DNA of 64,000 nucleotides from Phycisphaerae bacterium (lineage in GTDB: Bacteria; Planctomycetota; Phycisphaerae; UBA1845): assembly GCA_963666835.2 (NCBI GenBank), contig CAXXGO010000006.1, forward strand, positions 96,001 through 160,000, read 5' to 3'. The notes beneath the pieces were generated by a model that did not search any database, had not been told where the DNA came from, and saw only the letters and a list, made by a program, of their open reading frames with translations. The translations under genes and the position numbers were made by a program. Shown one piece after another: positions 29,595-39,837 of the stretch. The number at the start of each line of letters is the position of its first letter. Position 1 is the first letter of the stretch.

Positions 29595-30575
29595 TTACGA
29601 AGGCACCTCTCGCCGGCGCAGAAACACTTGTGTGCCAACCGTCAGAGCTAGTAACGTCATAATCACAAAGCCCCACTCCGAGACGGCCGGTACCGGACCG
29701 CTGGTTTGGCAGACCTCTACATAATCGATCTCGTATGCGTAGATCTCGTTCTCGCCAATCGTGTTCACCGGCTGAAGATCGGCGCTGTATGCGTCCATCC
29801 AACCGGCGTCCGGTGCCCAGAAGTTGAAATATAGCGACATGGGCTCATCCGGCACGATATCGGGGTCCCTCACCGTCCGCAGCACGACCTCGCCGTTAAC
29901 CGGATCGAGCCAGGTCCATCTGATGCTCGGTGCCGTCGCGCACCAATAGATCCGAAACGTATTCCATTCCGTCATATCAAGTCCGTCGGGGTATACGTAT
30001 TCCGGATGTTGGGCCGATTCGTTCCATGCATTCGTCAATGCAGGATCACCGGCCGGGTAAGAAACGTCGTCGTTAATCTTGTTGGTCACATATTCATAAT
30101 CAATCTCGTCCGAGAAGGCCCCATCATAGCCGTAAAGAAAGAACGAAGCCACCAGCCCATCCGGGGGTGGCAAGTATGGAGAGACTGTGTTGAACCGAAC
30201 CCGAGCCTCAAAATAGTAACAACTGTCCGGGGAAAATTCGAGAACCGTATGAATTTCTCCACCGAGAAATACCGTGTTAGGATCACCCAAGTCATACGGG
30301 TTGTAGAGATGGTGTTCGATAATACAGACACCGTTCTCCACCCGGGGGAACTCACCCGTTCCCAGCCAGGGGTTGGGATCTGGGAAATGTGTGCGACCTT
30401 GCACCCACCACGGTTCCCCCGGGTGATTGACCACCCAATCCGCAGGATCGGGCATGCCGGACGGGGGGTCATCGAAGTCGTCGTGCAGAATAACCGTTTG
30501 GCACGTGTCGCCCCAAACCGAACCGCAGCCAAACAACACAAACGCCGCCACAATGCCAGTCAATGAACGTTTCAT
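29595..30575 (-). CDS. Glycoside hydrolase family 16 protein with IPTL-CTERM-like sorting signal
   Basis: Signal peptide after a GGAGG RBS; catalytic EIDYE; WNTFRIYW; YEIDYVEV; C-terminus VPAVSEWG + TM + RRR. Confidence 0.88.
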   Translation of the reverse strand: MKRSLTGIVAAFVLFGCGSVWGDTCQTVILHDDFDDPPSGMPDPADWVVNHPGEPWWVQGRTHFPDPNPWLGTGEFPRVENGVCIIEHHLYNPYDLGDPNTVFLGGEIHTVLEFSPDSCYYFEARVRFNTVSPYLPPPDGLVASFFLYGYDGAFSDEIDYEYVTNKINDDVSYPAGDPALTNAWNESAQHPEYVYPDGLDMTEWNTFRIYWCATAPSIRWTWLDPVNGEVVLRTVRDPDIVPDEPMSLYFNFWAPDAGWMDAYSADLQPVNTIGENEIYAYEIDYVEVCQTSGPVPAVSEWGFVIMTLLALTVGTQVFLRRREVPS

Positions 30576-30906
30576 GTACTCTACCTCCAGAATGGACACC
30601 TACCAAGATCTGTGTTCACTTCCGCAACGAAGGCCCTCCGAAATGTCTGGGTCGGCCTGTGCGGCATTCTAGGCGGCCACGTACAACTCCGCAAGCGAAA
30701 ACCACGGCTTGGCGAGAACGGCGACAGGTTTCTAAGGCAGCCCTCCACCAAGGTTCGTTCGAGCTCTCGGGCGCTGAACGGTATGATACCTACTCCGCGT
30801 GGGCGGTATCCACCGGGCCTAAGCGGTGCGCAATCAGCACAGCAAGTATCAAACGGGGGCGCTTGTCCGATATGCAATGTCGGCTGGGCAGAAACAGGAG
30901 CTTCGC

Positions 30907-31416
30907 ATGGCCGTGAACATCGAAATCAAGGCTCGGGCGACGGACTTCTTGCGGCAACGCGAACTAGCCGGCGGAATCAGCGATTCCCCGGTCGAGCTGC
31001 TCGAGCAGACCGATACGTTCTTTGTGGTTGGGAACGGGCGGCTGAAGCTGCGGGAGTTCGCCGACGCCGACGCCGAGCTGATCCACTACTGGCGCCCGGA
31101 TCAAGCCGGGCCGAAGAAATCCGAATACACCATCGTACCGGTGCCGGACCCGGCACTTCTCAAGTCGGTTCTGTCGGCCGCGCTGGGGACCCGCGGCGTC
31201 GTGCGAAAGCGCCGCCATCTGTACCTTGTCGGGCACACGAAGATTCACTTCGACGAGGTGGTCGACCTGGGTGAGTTCATAGAGCTGGAGGTGGTCTGCT
31301 CGACCCAAGAGCAACAACGCCAAGGTCCAATCGTAGCCCGCGGGTTGATGAAACAACTGGAAATCGTCGAGGCCGACCTGATCGATCGTCCCTACATCGA
31401 CCTGCTGGGGAACTAA
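30907..31416 (+). CDS. cyaB: CYTH / class IV adenylate cyclase family protein
   Basis: NIEIKAR (ExExK), QTDTFF, RLKLRE, VRKRR, LGEFIELE, YIDLL; RBS CAGGAG. Confidence 0.9.
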   Translation: MAVNIEIKARATDFLRQRELAGGISDSPVELLEQTDTFFVVGNGRLKLREFADADAELIHYWRPDQAGPKKSEYTIVPVPDPALLKSVLSAALGTRGVVRKRRHLYLVGHTKIHFDEVVDLGEFIELEVVCSTQEQQRQGPIVARGLMKQLEIVEADLIDRPYIDLLGN

Positions 31417-31525
31417 TGCTCTGTCACCCGTGAAGGTCCGGGTCTAATCCACCCTATGTCCCGTCCCAGCACTGCTCAAGAGCAGTGGCACAGCCGGCGT
31501 AGACCTTCATACAACGCACTTTCTT

Positions 31526-31613
31526 GTAGGGCAGGTCGAGGAACGAGACCTGCCGCAGTCCACGCGCAACATACGCCATTGGTGGCAGGTCTCGTTCCTC
31601 GACCGTGCCCTAC
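31526..31613. repeat. REPIN-like inverted REP-A doublet
   Basis: GTAG...TGCC, a 29-nt spacer, then GGCA...CTAC; second copy with a near-identical spacer at 32005-32093. Confidence 0.9.
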
Positions 31614-31706
31614 GGGAGCTGACAAGGCTGCGGCACGTCAGAGCCCGCAGCGCTAACGCGACAGGCAACCCGGGCGGGTGTGCGGCAATGCTCGGCGCGG
31701 CGAACC

Positions 31707-31916
31707 ACGCCGAAGGCGTTGCGCCCTACAGCCCAGGGTTGCCGCGCAGCGGCTACCCTGGGATCACGGTTACATCAAGGATGAACCCCAACGGGGTTCC
31801 GGCGTTGTTCAACCCACTTCGGGGTTGGTGCGTTAGGGGCTCGGCGACCCAGGGTGGCACTGCGCGGCTACGCCGCTTCGTTTACCCTGGGCTTTGCTGT
31901 TTAACGCCTTCGGCGT
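31707..31916. mobile_element. 210-bp palindromic MITE-like element
   Basis: Perfect 14-bp terminal inverted repeat ACGCCGAAGGCGTT / AACGCCTTCGGCGT; symmetric CCCAGGGT...ACCCTGGG and AACCCC...GGGGTT internal hairpins. Confidence 0.8.
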
Positions 31917-32004
31917 AGGTGCAAAAAGGGAATAATGAAAGGTTGAAAGGTGGGGCAGTCACCGTCTTTCGTTTTTCGGGGTGGCCGGATTCGCGTTGGT
32001 TTGT

Positions 32005-32150
32005 GTAGGGCGTGGTCCCCGTCCGAGACCTGCCGCAGTCCACGCGCAACATGCGCCATTGGTGGCAGGTCTCGTGCCTCGACCGTGCCCTACAGGTGCT
32101 GCCACGTTGGTGGCACTTCGAGTCCCCCACCGCTAAAGCGATGGGCCACC
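32005..32150. repeat. Second REP-A doublet plus REP-C
   Basis: Degenerate REP-A 32005-32034, REP-A 32064-32093, reverse REP-C 32124-32150. Confidence 0.85.
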
Positions 32151-33470
32151 TGATCGCACGCGCAGGCCGGGTGAGATCTCCCGGGACGGGTGGGACACTA
32201 CGGTGTCACTAGCCGTGACGCCGGAGACGATCTGGACCAGGTCCTCGTTCATCAGGCCCACTTCCACCGCGCCCAGCTCGGTAACGCCGTTCCGCACAAG
32301 CATGACCTGCCAGCCGGAGCGCGGACCGCGGAAAAGGCAGGTCCGCGGTAGTGTCAAGGCGTCGGCGGCCTCATCGTAAAAGACGCGCACATGCACCCGA
32401 AAACCGACGCCCAGACGCTCGGGACGTTGATCGAGCTTGACCGCCACCTTCACCCGCTGCTGTTCCACGCCGAGCGAGCTGATCTTCTTGAACCCCGCGG
32501 GGAACACCCGAGCAACGGACCCGGCGATCGGACCGTCGGGCAGAGCCTCCCCGTAGATCTCCACCGGGTCCCCGGGGACGATACGGGTGGCCCGCTCGGT
32601 CAGCACCTCGACGTGAACCTCGATCTCGTCCAACCGCCCAACCGTCAAGAGCGGCGTACCGGCCGCGAGAAACTGCCGACGGGTCTGATGCCGGTGCAGT
32701 ACTACCCCGTCTATCGGGCTGCGCACCTCGGCGCGCTGCAGGTTCCGCCGCGCGATCTCCAGTTCGGCCCGGGCTTGCTCCAACTGACTCTTCCACGTAT
32801 CCGTCTTGAACGTCTTGCGGTCGATGTAATCGCGAATGAACTTCGGCCCGATATAGCTCACCGCCGAAATGGTCTTCAGGGCGGCCAGCTCCAGTACATC
32901 GCTGCGATAGTCCGCCTGGGCCTTGCGAAACTCCAGTTCGACCTGGCGAAGCTCGCGGTCGGCCGCAGAGCCGGTCTCACCGAGATCGCTCAGACGCTTA
33001 ACTTCCGACTGGGTGAAATCGAGAGTCGCCTTGGCGGCCTCCAGCTTCGCTTCCGCCGCGGCCACGGTCTCGTCAATCGCCTTGACGGTTGCTTCCGTCT
33101 CGACCAACGCGTTCTCTTCCAACCGATGGTCCGCGGTCTCGGCGATCTGGACTTGCAGCTCCGTCAGACGCTGCTCCGCCTGCCGCACGCGGTCGGCCAG
33201 GTCAAAAGTCTCCAGGCGAGCCACCACCTGCCCCGCGGCAACCGGGTCACCCTCGCGTAGCAGGATCGGTTCCAGCCAGCCGGCAATCGACATCGAGATC
33301 AGATAGTCCTGCGGCAGCTCCGTAACGGCCTGCTCCTCGACAAAAGCCCGCACAGTCTGTCTTTGTGGTTGCACCACGACCACCGTCAGCGCCGGCCGCG
33401 AACTCGCCCAGACGATAATCGCAATCAGCACGACCACGACGAGAATGACGGTCAAACGTCCCTTCTTCAT
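32133..33470 (-). CDS. HlyD/MacA-type efflux periplasmic adaptor subunit
   Basis: N-terminal TM, EGDPVAAGQVVARL lipoyl half, long coiled coil, VRSPIDGVV, KISSLGVEQQRV. Confidence 0.92.
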   Translation of the reverse strand: MKKGRLTVILVVVVLIAIIVWASSRPALTVVVVQPQRQTVRAFVEEQAVTELPQDYLISMSIAGWLEPILLREGDPVAAGQVVARLETFDLADRVRQAEQRLTELQVQIAETADHRLEENALVETEATVKAIDETVAAAEAKLEAAKATLDFTQSEVKRLSDLGETGSAADRELRQVELEFRKAQADYRSDVLELAALKTISAVSYIGPKFIRDYIDRKTFKTDTWKSQLEQARAELEIARRNLQRAEVRSPIDGVVLHRHQTRRQFLAAGTPLLTVGRLDEIEVHVEVLTERATRIVPGDPVEIYGEALPDGPIAGSVARVFPAGFKKISSLGVEQQRVKVAVKLDQRPERLGVGFRVHVRVFYDEAADALTLPRTCLFRGPRSGWQVMLVRNGVTELGAVEVGLMNEDLVQIVSGVTASDTVVSHPSREISPGLRVRSGGPSL

Positions 33471-33480
33471 GAGCCAAACC

Positions 33481-35862
33481 TCACTCTTTCACCTGAATGC
33501 CGGCCAGCCAATCCAGCTTCCGGATCTGCCGATGGACACACCACTGCACCGCGGCCACAAAGAACCCGGCGATTACCACGGTCAACACCACCGCGGCCGG
33601 CCTGATGAACACGGGCATGCGGAACAACTCCGAGTCATACGCCTGCGCCATAGCGATGAGCAATGCATAACCCAGCGGGAAGGCCAGAACCAACCCGGCT
33701 GTAAACGTGGCCAGATTCTCCCGCAAGAAGATCCCGGAGACGTGGCCCGGGCGGTAACCCAGAACTCGAAACGTCGAGATCTCGCGGATGCGATCGCCGA
33801 TCTCGATCATTGCGGTATTGAGCATCGTCCCAAACGCGATTACTCCGGCGAAGATGATCATAATCCCCAGGGAAACAACCAGCGTATGCACAAACGTCTC
33901 TTCAAGGCTGGCCTTCGTATCGTTGCGAACGCTAAGCCCCTGCGCATTGGGCAGGACTTTGACCGCCTGGTAGAACGCTGCGGTAGCGGCCGGGTCAACG
34001 GCGAGCTGAATCGAGTTAACCGCCTGAGCTTCACCGACGATACCGCTGAGGTAACGAATGTCCCCGTAGCATTCCATGCCGAGATACCCGCCCACGACGG
34101 AAGCCACCCGAACGAAGCGTGTATCCCGCCGTCCGCGCACGGGGGTCAGTTCGAGCGTATCGCCGGCTTTCACGTCCAGAACCTCGGCCAGTTTGCCCGA
34201 CACCACCAGCCCGCTCGGCGGGATCACAATGGGCGAGCCGTCCGTCTGCACCGGAGTGGTTAACCGATGACTTTCGCTCAGCCCGACGATCCCGATCCGC
34301 CGGGCGCGGCGCCCGTTGCGTAGCTCGCAGACGACGCCCAAAGACGGCTCCGCGTAGTCGACCCCCGGCAGCTCCCGACCCTCCAGCAGGGCGGCCACGG
34401 ATTTCTCCTCCCGCATGCCGATATCCACGTCGCTGTGGGCCACCTGCTTAAACTGAAAGTCGATCAGATAGAACGCCGAGTCGTACATGACCAAAGCTGC
34501 GAAGATCAACGCCACCGACAAGGCCGACGACGCCACCCCGGTCAGCGTACGGGTGCGGTTGCGGAACATCGTCCGCAGAGCCATCTGACTGCGGAACCCC
34601 AGCCGTTGCCACAAGCCGGGAATCCGTTCGAGGATGATAGCTCCACCCCGCTCAGGCGGCTTGGAGTGCATGGCCTCGGCGGGCTGAAGCCGCAATACCG
34701 CCCAGACCCCCTTGGCGGCGCCCAGCACGGCGAAAAGCACGCTCAGAACCATACCGACCGCCAGCAGATCCGGGTGAGGCCGAAACAAGAAGGTCGGGAA
34801 GTCATAGAACTCCTTGTACATCTCGATCATGCCCGCGGCCATCGCGATTCCCAGTCCGCCTCCGGCTATCCCGCCGGCGACTCCGATCACCACTCCCAAC
34901 TTGAGGAAGTGAACGAATACGCGAACGTCGGTGTAGCCGATGGCCTTCAAAGTTCCGATGACAACCCTCTGTCTCTCAGCCAACCGGCTGAGTACGACGT
35001 TGAGAACCAACGCCGCCACGACGAGGAAAATCGTCGGCATCACGGTGGCCGAAACGACCAACCCGTGGATCTCGTCGGAGAGGAACCGGTGCGAGGCCTG
35101 CCGCTCTCGAGGCGTAGTGGCTAAAACGCCGTACGGCTCGAGGACGCGTTCCATTCGATCGAGGAGCAACTCGATGTCGCCGTTGCCGTCGGACAGCAAC
35201 ACCCGGCCGACGACTTGGTTGCAAGCATCCTTGAAATCGAGCACTTCGCGGGCATAACGGTCTTTTACATAGAATACGCCGAAGTGCTCGGGGTCTGGAA
35301 TGATGTCTCCCTCGCCGCGCACCAAGTACACATATTCCGGGCTGATGGCCGTGCCGACGATCAGGAACGACTCCCGCTTACGGTTGAGGATCAAATGGAC
35401 GCGGTCACCGGGCCTTAGACCGTGGGCCTGCGCGAAGGACTCGCTGAGGATAACCTCCTCGTTGCGCCGGCCGGAGAACCCGGAACCCTGCACCAGACAC
35501 AATCCATTGATTGACCGATCGAATCCTTCTTCGGGAACCGAGAGCAGCCGACCGGATATCGGGCGGATCTCCTCCGGCAGATCCACGATGACATCGAACA
35601 CGATGCGCCCGGCAACGGCGGACACCCCGGGGAACTCGGCCAGCCGGTCAACGGCGCTGATCGGGGCTCGTTTCACATCAATCCAGAAATCACCGAAGCG
35701 GTAGTCGCGATAGTAGGCCGCTTGGCTGGCACTGAGGATTCGGTGGGCGGACCCCAGCCCGACGAACGAACCCGTGCCGACGGCGATGATCGCCACGATC
35801 GTGGCGAGCGTACCCCACGTGCCGAACAGGTCGCGAATGAGCTTGCGGTTGAGGGCACTCAT
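33481..35862 (-). CDS. ABC transporter permease (FtsX/MacB-like, duplicated)
   Basis: LNRKLIRDL; two FtsX domains (IGTLKAIGY, ISTFRVLGY); about 8 TM segments. Confidence 0.92.
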   Translation of the reverse strand: MSALNRKLIRDLFGTWGTLATIVAIIAVGTGSFVGLGSAHRILSASQAAYYRDYRFGDFWIDVKRAPISAVDRLAEFPGVSAVAGRIVFDVIVDLPEEIRPISGRLLSVPEEGFDRSINGLCLVQGSGFSGRRNEEVILSESFAQAHGLRPGDRVHLILNRKRESFLIVGTAISPEYVYLVRGEGDIIPDPEHFGVFYVKDRYAREVLDFKDACNQVVGRVLLSDGNGDIELLLDRMERVLEPYGVLATTPRERQASHRFLSDEIHGLVVSATVMPTIFLVVAALVLNVVLSRLAERQRVVIGTLKAIGYTDVRVFVHFLKLGVVIGVAGGIAGGGLGIAMAAGMIEMYKEFYDFPTFLFRPHPDLLAVGMVLSVLFAVLGAAKGVWAVLRLQPAEAMHSKPPERGGAIILERIPGLWQRLGFRSQMALRTMFRNRTRTLTGVASSALSVALIFAALVMYDSAFYLIDFQFKQVAHSDVDIGMREEKSVAALLEGRELPGVDYAEPSLGVVCELRNGRRARRIGIVGLSESHRLTTPVQTDGSPIVIPPSGLVVSGKLAEVLDVKAGDTLELTPVRGRRDTRFVRVASVVGGYLGMECYGDIRYLSGIVGEAQAVNSIQLAVDPAATAAFYQAVKVLPNAQGLSVRNDTKASLEETFVHTLVVSLGIMIIFAGVIAFGTMLNTAMIEIGDRIREISTFRVLGYRPGHVSGIFLRENLATFTAGLVLAFPLGYALLIAMAQAYDSELFRMPVFIRPAAVVLTVVIAGFFVAAVQWCVHRQIRKLDWLAGIQVKE

Positions 35863-35877
35863 GGGATCGCGATCCTG

Positions 35878-36621
35878 CTACCAGTTCACGTCTGCGGCCA
35901 AGATCGGATTCTCGTTCACGCGGGTTTCGGCCACCCGCCCGCTGACCAGGCGAACGACTTTCGTAGCCACGTCGGTTAGTGCCGGATTATGCGTGATCAA
36001 CACGATCGTCAGGTCTCGCGTCCGGTTGAGCTCCTGCATAATCGCCAGGATTCGGCGGGCCCCTTCGAGGTCCAACGCGCCGGTGGGCTCGTCGGCCAAC
36101 AGCAACTGCGGCTTCTTCACCAAGGCCCGGGCAATTGCGACCCGCTGTTGTTCTCCCCCCGAAAGCTGCGCCGGAAAGTGACCGGCCCGCTCCGCCAGGC
36201 CGACCAAACCCAGAGCATCGCGGGCATCCAGAGGTTCATCCACCAACTCGGCCGCCGCCTGGACGTTCTCCACTGCGGTCAAGGTCGGTACGAGATTGTA
36301 GAACTGGAACACGAAGCCCACGGCCAGGCGGCGATAGTCGGTAAGCGCTTCGCTGGTCAGAACAGACAGATCGGTGTCACCATACCACACCTTCCCCGTG
36401 GTGGGCCGGTCCATCCCGCCGATGAGATTGAGCAGAGTGCTCTTACCCGAGCCGGAGGGGCCCAGAATCACGACGAAATCGCCGCGGACGACCCGCAGAT
36501 CGGCGTCGATCAGCGCGGGCACCTCCACCTCGCCCATCCGAAAGATGCGTCCCGCCCCTTCAATCCGGAGCAAAGCCCCATCCTCTCGCGAAACGTCTGT
36601 TTGAACGTCTCTTACCATCAT
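35878..36621 (-). CDS. ABC transporter ATP-binding protein (LolD/MacB-like)
   Basis: GPSGSGKST, LSGGEQQRVAIARAL, ADEPTGALD, ITHN. Start trimmed to ATG 36621. Confidence 0.95.
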   Translation of the reverse strand: MMVRDVQTDVSREDGALLRIEGAGRIFRMGEVEVPALIDADLRVVRGDFVVILGPSGSGKSTLLNLIGGMDRPTTGKVWYGDTDLSVLTSEALTDYRRLAVGFVFQFYNLVPTLTAVENVQAAAELVDEPLDARDALGLVGLAERAGHFPAQLSGGEQQRVAIARALVKKPQLLLADEPTGALDLEGARRILAIMQELNRTRDLTIVLITHNPALTDVATKVVRLVSGRVAETRVNENPILAADVNW

Positions 36622-36882
36622 CGCCCTACGATAACGGCAACCCGGCGGCGCGGAAAGCTTATCGGGCATATCGGATCGCAGGCCTACCGCTCGGCGGGAA
36701 GTGGCAGACTCCGATAGTACCACGATTCGCGGAGCGAGGATCACGCCATTACGCCCGCCCCGGCGGTGTTCCGATACACCACCCGGAAAAGCCGAGTCTG
36801 GGTGGTCATTATCGCCAATCGTCCGAGTGGTCGGTTCGATGGCGGATCGTCCATCGGGCCCTCTTATTCAGGGTTGCTATTC

Positions 36883-39636
36883 ATGGTGCATCAACGCCTG
36901 CGAGCCGTCGTGCGGACCGCGCTGTGTGTCTTCGCCGCCTTGGTGGTCCTCGGAGCCGTGACCGGATGTGAGTCCGGCCTCTTTGCGGGGGCGGAAAGGA
37001 CTCCGACGAGCGCGCAGTTCCTCGAGAAGGGCACCGCGTGTGAGGTCGTTGTCTACTTCAACAACTCCGTGAAGAACCAGCCGGCCTCCAAGCCGTCATA
37101 CTATCGTTTGAGCACCGGCGAGTACGCGACGGATACTGCAGACGTACCCGACGTCCATGCCGTCATCGTGACTTTTCCGGCGCCGGTTACCACGGCCGAT
37201 CTGATCGCCATCGGGGCCGACACTTCGAACGAGACCATTCTGGCGGTAACAACCAATACCGCAGATGCCGAGCCGGCGGAATTCGTCGACGCGTCTTTCG
37301 TCGCCGATGCCGCGGCGCCGGTCGTGGCGTTGTCTTTCGACGGAGCCCTCGACGCCACCGTCGCTTCGGATGTGACCCGCTACGCGCTGCAAGGCACGAT
37401 CGAGCATCCCATCTCGGCGGAAATGACGGATTGCGGCCAGAAGGTCGAACTGACCTTTGCGGCGCTCAAAGCCGATACCCGGCTCGATTTCGAGGGCTTA
37501 ACCGATCTCAACGGGGTGCCCGTTGAGGATCGATTGGGTCTCACCGTGGCGGCGGCCGAGGAAGAAACGCGGCCTGTGGTGGAATCCGCCGCGTTTGCCG
37601 TCGACGGGGCCTATGCGACTGCCGAGGTGACCTTCAGCGAGGCGATCGACCAGACTACCGCCGAGACCGTCGCGAACTACACTCTCATGCCCGAGGGGAC
37701 CGCCCCGGCCTGGGCCGCAGTAAAGGACGACGGGCGGACGGTCGCCGTTGTGTTCTCCGAGATCCGGCCGCCGATTACGCTGAATGTCAAAGGGGTGACC
37801 GACCTGGCCAAGAACCCCATGATGGAGACCAGCGGTATCGAGGTGAACCGCGCCGAAGATTCGACACCTCCGATGCCGGTTGCGGCGAGCCCGACCGGAC
37901 GCAACGGCGGACTGACTGTCGAGGTGACGTTTAATGAGGCCGTCACGCCCAATACCGCAGAGTTGGTTACGAATTATGTGCTCTCCGGCCCGCAGGAGCC
38001 GGCCACACTGCAGCCTACCGCGGCGGACGTTGTGGACGAAGGATCAGCGGTTGCGCTGACCTTCGACTATGTGCCTGCCGACGGTACGCTGGAGGTTTCC
38101 GGAATCTCCGACCTTAACGGCAACGTGATGGCGGACTCGGCGGAGGTCGCTGTGGACTTCACGTATGATCGAACCGCCCCGGCGGTCTCGACGGCGACCT
38201 TCGTGGCAAACTCGACGACGCCGGCGGTGGACGTGGCGTTTGACCAACCAATGTTGCAGACGTCGGTCGAGACGGTTACCAACTACACCTTCAGCACCGG
38301 AGCGGTCCCCCTGTCGGCCACGCTGCAGTCCGACCAGCGTACCGTGCGGTTGGTAACGACGTCACTGGCCCGCACGACTACACTGGCGATTGCCAATGTA
38401 GTGGACGCCTCGGGTAATATAGTCGTGGCCGTGGCGAATGCCGCGATCAACGCCGCTGCCGATTCCACCGAGCCGTTGGCTTCGTCGGTGGCGTATTTGG
38501 ATGACACTTCCAGCCCGACGGTGCTGGTTACGTATTCCGAAGCGGTGGACGAAACCTCGGCCGAGACGGTAAGCAACTACCTCAGCACGACCGACAGCCA
38601 GGCTCCGGACACGGCCGTGATGCAGTCCGACGGGCGGACGGTCGAGCTGACCTTTGGTCCGATGCCGCTGGGCACGCAGTTGAAGATCAGCGGAGTAGTT
38701 GATCTCGACGGTAACGCAATCGCAACGGTAACGATGGACATTGCCGCCGACGCCGACACCACCTCGCCAACCGTGGTAAGTGCGCAGTTCCTCGCCGACG
38801 CGGGTTCCCCCACGGTGGAGGTGGAGTTCAGCGAAGCAGTTAACGAGACGCTGGCCGAAGCTCCCGCTTTGTACCTGATGGGTACCGCCCGGACCTCGGC
38901 GACCTTGGCCACCTTGCAGGACGACGGGCGTACGGTGCGGGTGGTCTTTCCCGCCGTCGCCAGAGCCGACAAGCTGGAGATCCGCTCGATCACCGATATG
39001 AGCGGCAACGCCATTACCGCGGTCAGTGATCTTACGGTGGACTCCGCGGAGGACGACAATCACCCACGGGCAATCTCGGGCACGTTTGCCGCGAACGGCA
39101 CTACGCCAACGGTCACCCTCGAGTTCAGTGAGGCGGTCGATAAGACCTCGGCGGAGACTTTGACCAACTACACCCGCGTGCGCGACGGAGCCCACCCGAC
39201 CAGCGCCACCGTGCAAAGCGATGGCAGGAGCGTCGCATTGGTGTTCAGCTCCCTGGCCTCCTCAGATTCGCTGTTGACCGAAAACGTCTCCGACTTCGCG
39301 GGCAACAAGACGACCACGACCGTGGACGTGCCCCTTACCGCGAACTCGGAGACCACCGCTCCGACTATATCGTCGGCCACCGTTTCCGGGGTCCACGAGA
39401 TCACCATCGTCTTCAGCGAGGTTGTCGACCGAACCAGCGCCCTGGTGGTCACTAACTACACCGGTCTGCCCACCGGAGCGTCAGCTAGCTCGACGTCGAT
39501 TGCCACCGACGGCAGGACGGTGACCCTGACCACGATCGGTGTCCACCTGAGTGCCGGCGATCAGTTTGACGTCGCCGGAGTGAAGGACCTTAACGGCAAC
39601 ACGATGACCGCGGTGACCGACTACACGACGAGTTGA
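36883..39636 (+). CDS. Surface lipoprotein of tandem Ig-like (SbsA/Big_5-like) repeats
   Basis: Lipobox VTGC; about 9 repeats of roughly 97 aa, pattern D.T.P.V.SA.F...V.V.FSEAVD..SAETV.NY...DGRTV.L.F...DL.GN. Confidence 0.85.
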   Translation: MVHQRLRAVVRTALCVFAALVVLGAVTGCESGLFAGAERTPTSAQFLEKGTACEVVVYFNNSVKNQPASKPSYYRLSTGEYATDTADVPDVHAVIVTFPAPVTTADLIAIGADTSNETILAVTTNTADAEPAEFVDASFVADAAAPVVALSFDGALDATVASDVTRYALQGTIEHPISAEMTDCGQKVELTFAALKADTRLDFEGLTDLNGVPVEDRLGLTVAAAEEETRPVVESAAFAVDGAYATAEVTFSEAIDQTTAETVANYTLMPEGTAPAWAAVKDDGRTVAVVFSEIRPPITLNVKGVTDLAKNPMMETSGIEVNRAEDSTPPMPVAASPTGRNGGLTVEVTFNEAVTPNTAELVTNYVLSGPQEPATLQPTAADVVDEGSAVALTFDYVPADGTLEVSGISDLNGNVMADSAEVAVDFTYDRTAPAVSTATFVANSTTPAVDVAFDQPMLQTSVETVTNYTFSTGAVPLSATLQSDQRTVRLVTTSLARTTTLAIANVVDASGNIVVAVANAAINAAADSTEPLASSVAYLDDTSSPTVLVTYSEAVDETSAETVSNYLSTTDSQAPDTAVMQSDGRTVELTFGPMPLGTQLKISGVVDLDGNAIATVTMDIAADADTTSPTVVSAQFLADAGSPTVEVEFSEAVNETLAEAPALYLMGTARTSATLATLQDDGRTVRVVFPAVARADKLEIRSITDMSGNAITAVSDLTVDSAEDDNHPRAISGTFAANGTTPTVTLEFSEAVDKTSAETLTNYTRVRDGAHPTSATVQSDGRSVALVFSSLASSDSLLTENVSDFAGNKTTTTVDVPLTANSETTAPTISSATVSGVHEITIVFSEVVDRTSALVVTNYTGLPTGASASSTSIATDGRTVTLTTIGVHLSAGDQFDVAGVKDLNGNTMTAVTDYTTS

Positions 39637-39837
39637 TCTTTGCCAAAATGGAGCGAGGCGGGACCGGCCGGCGTCGACGCCGACATCGCGACGCCGACTC
39701 GACGTGTCGCGGAAAGGAACGCACGGGGACGCCGTCCCCTTGCATCGCGGCAACCTCGCCCTACCCTGATGATGTTCGGCAAACTGAATCCGAGGAAGGT
39801 AACGGGGCCGACTCCGGGACAGTAGAAAGGGTGGTCA

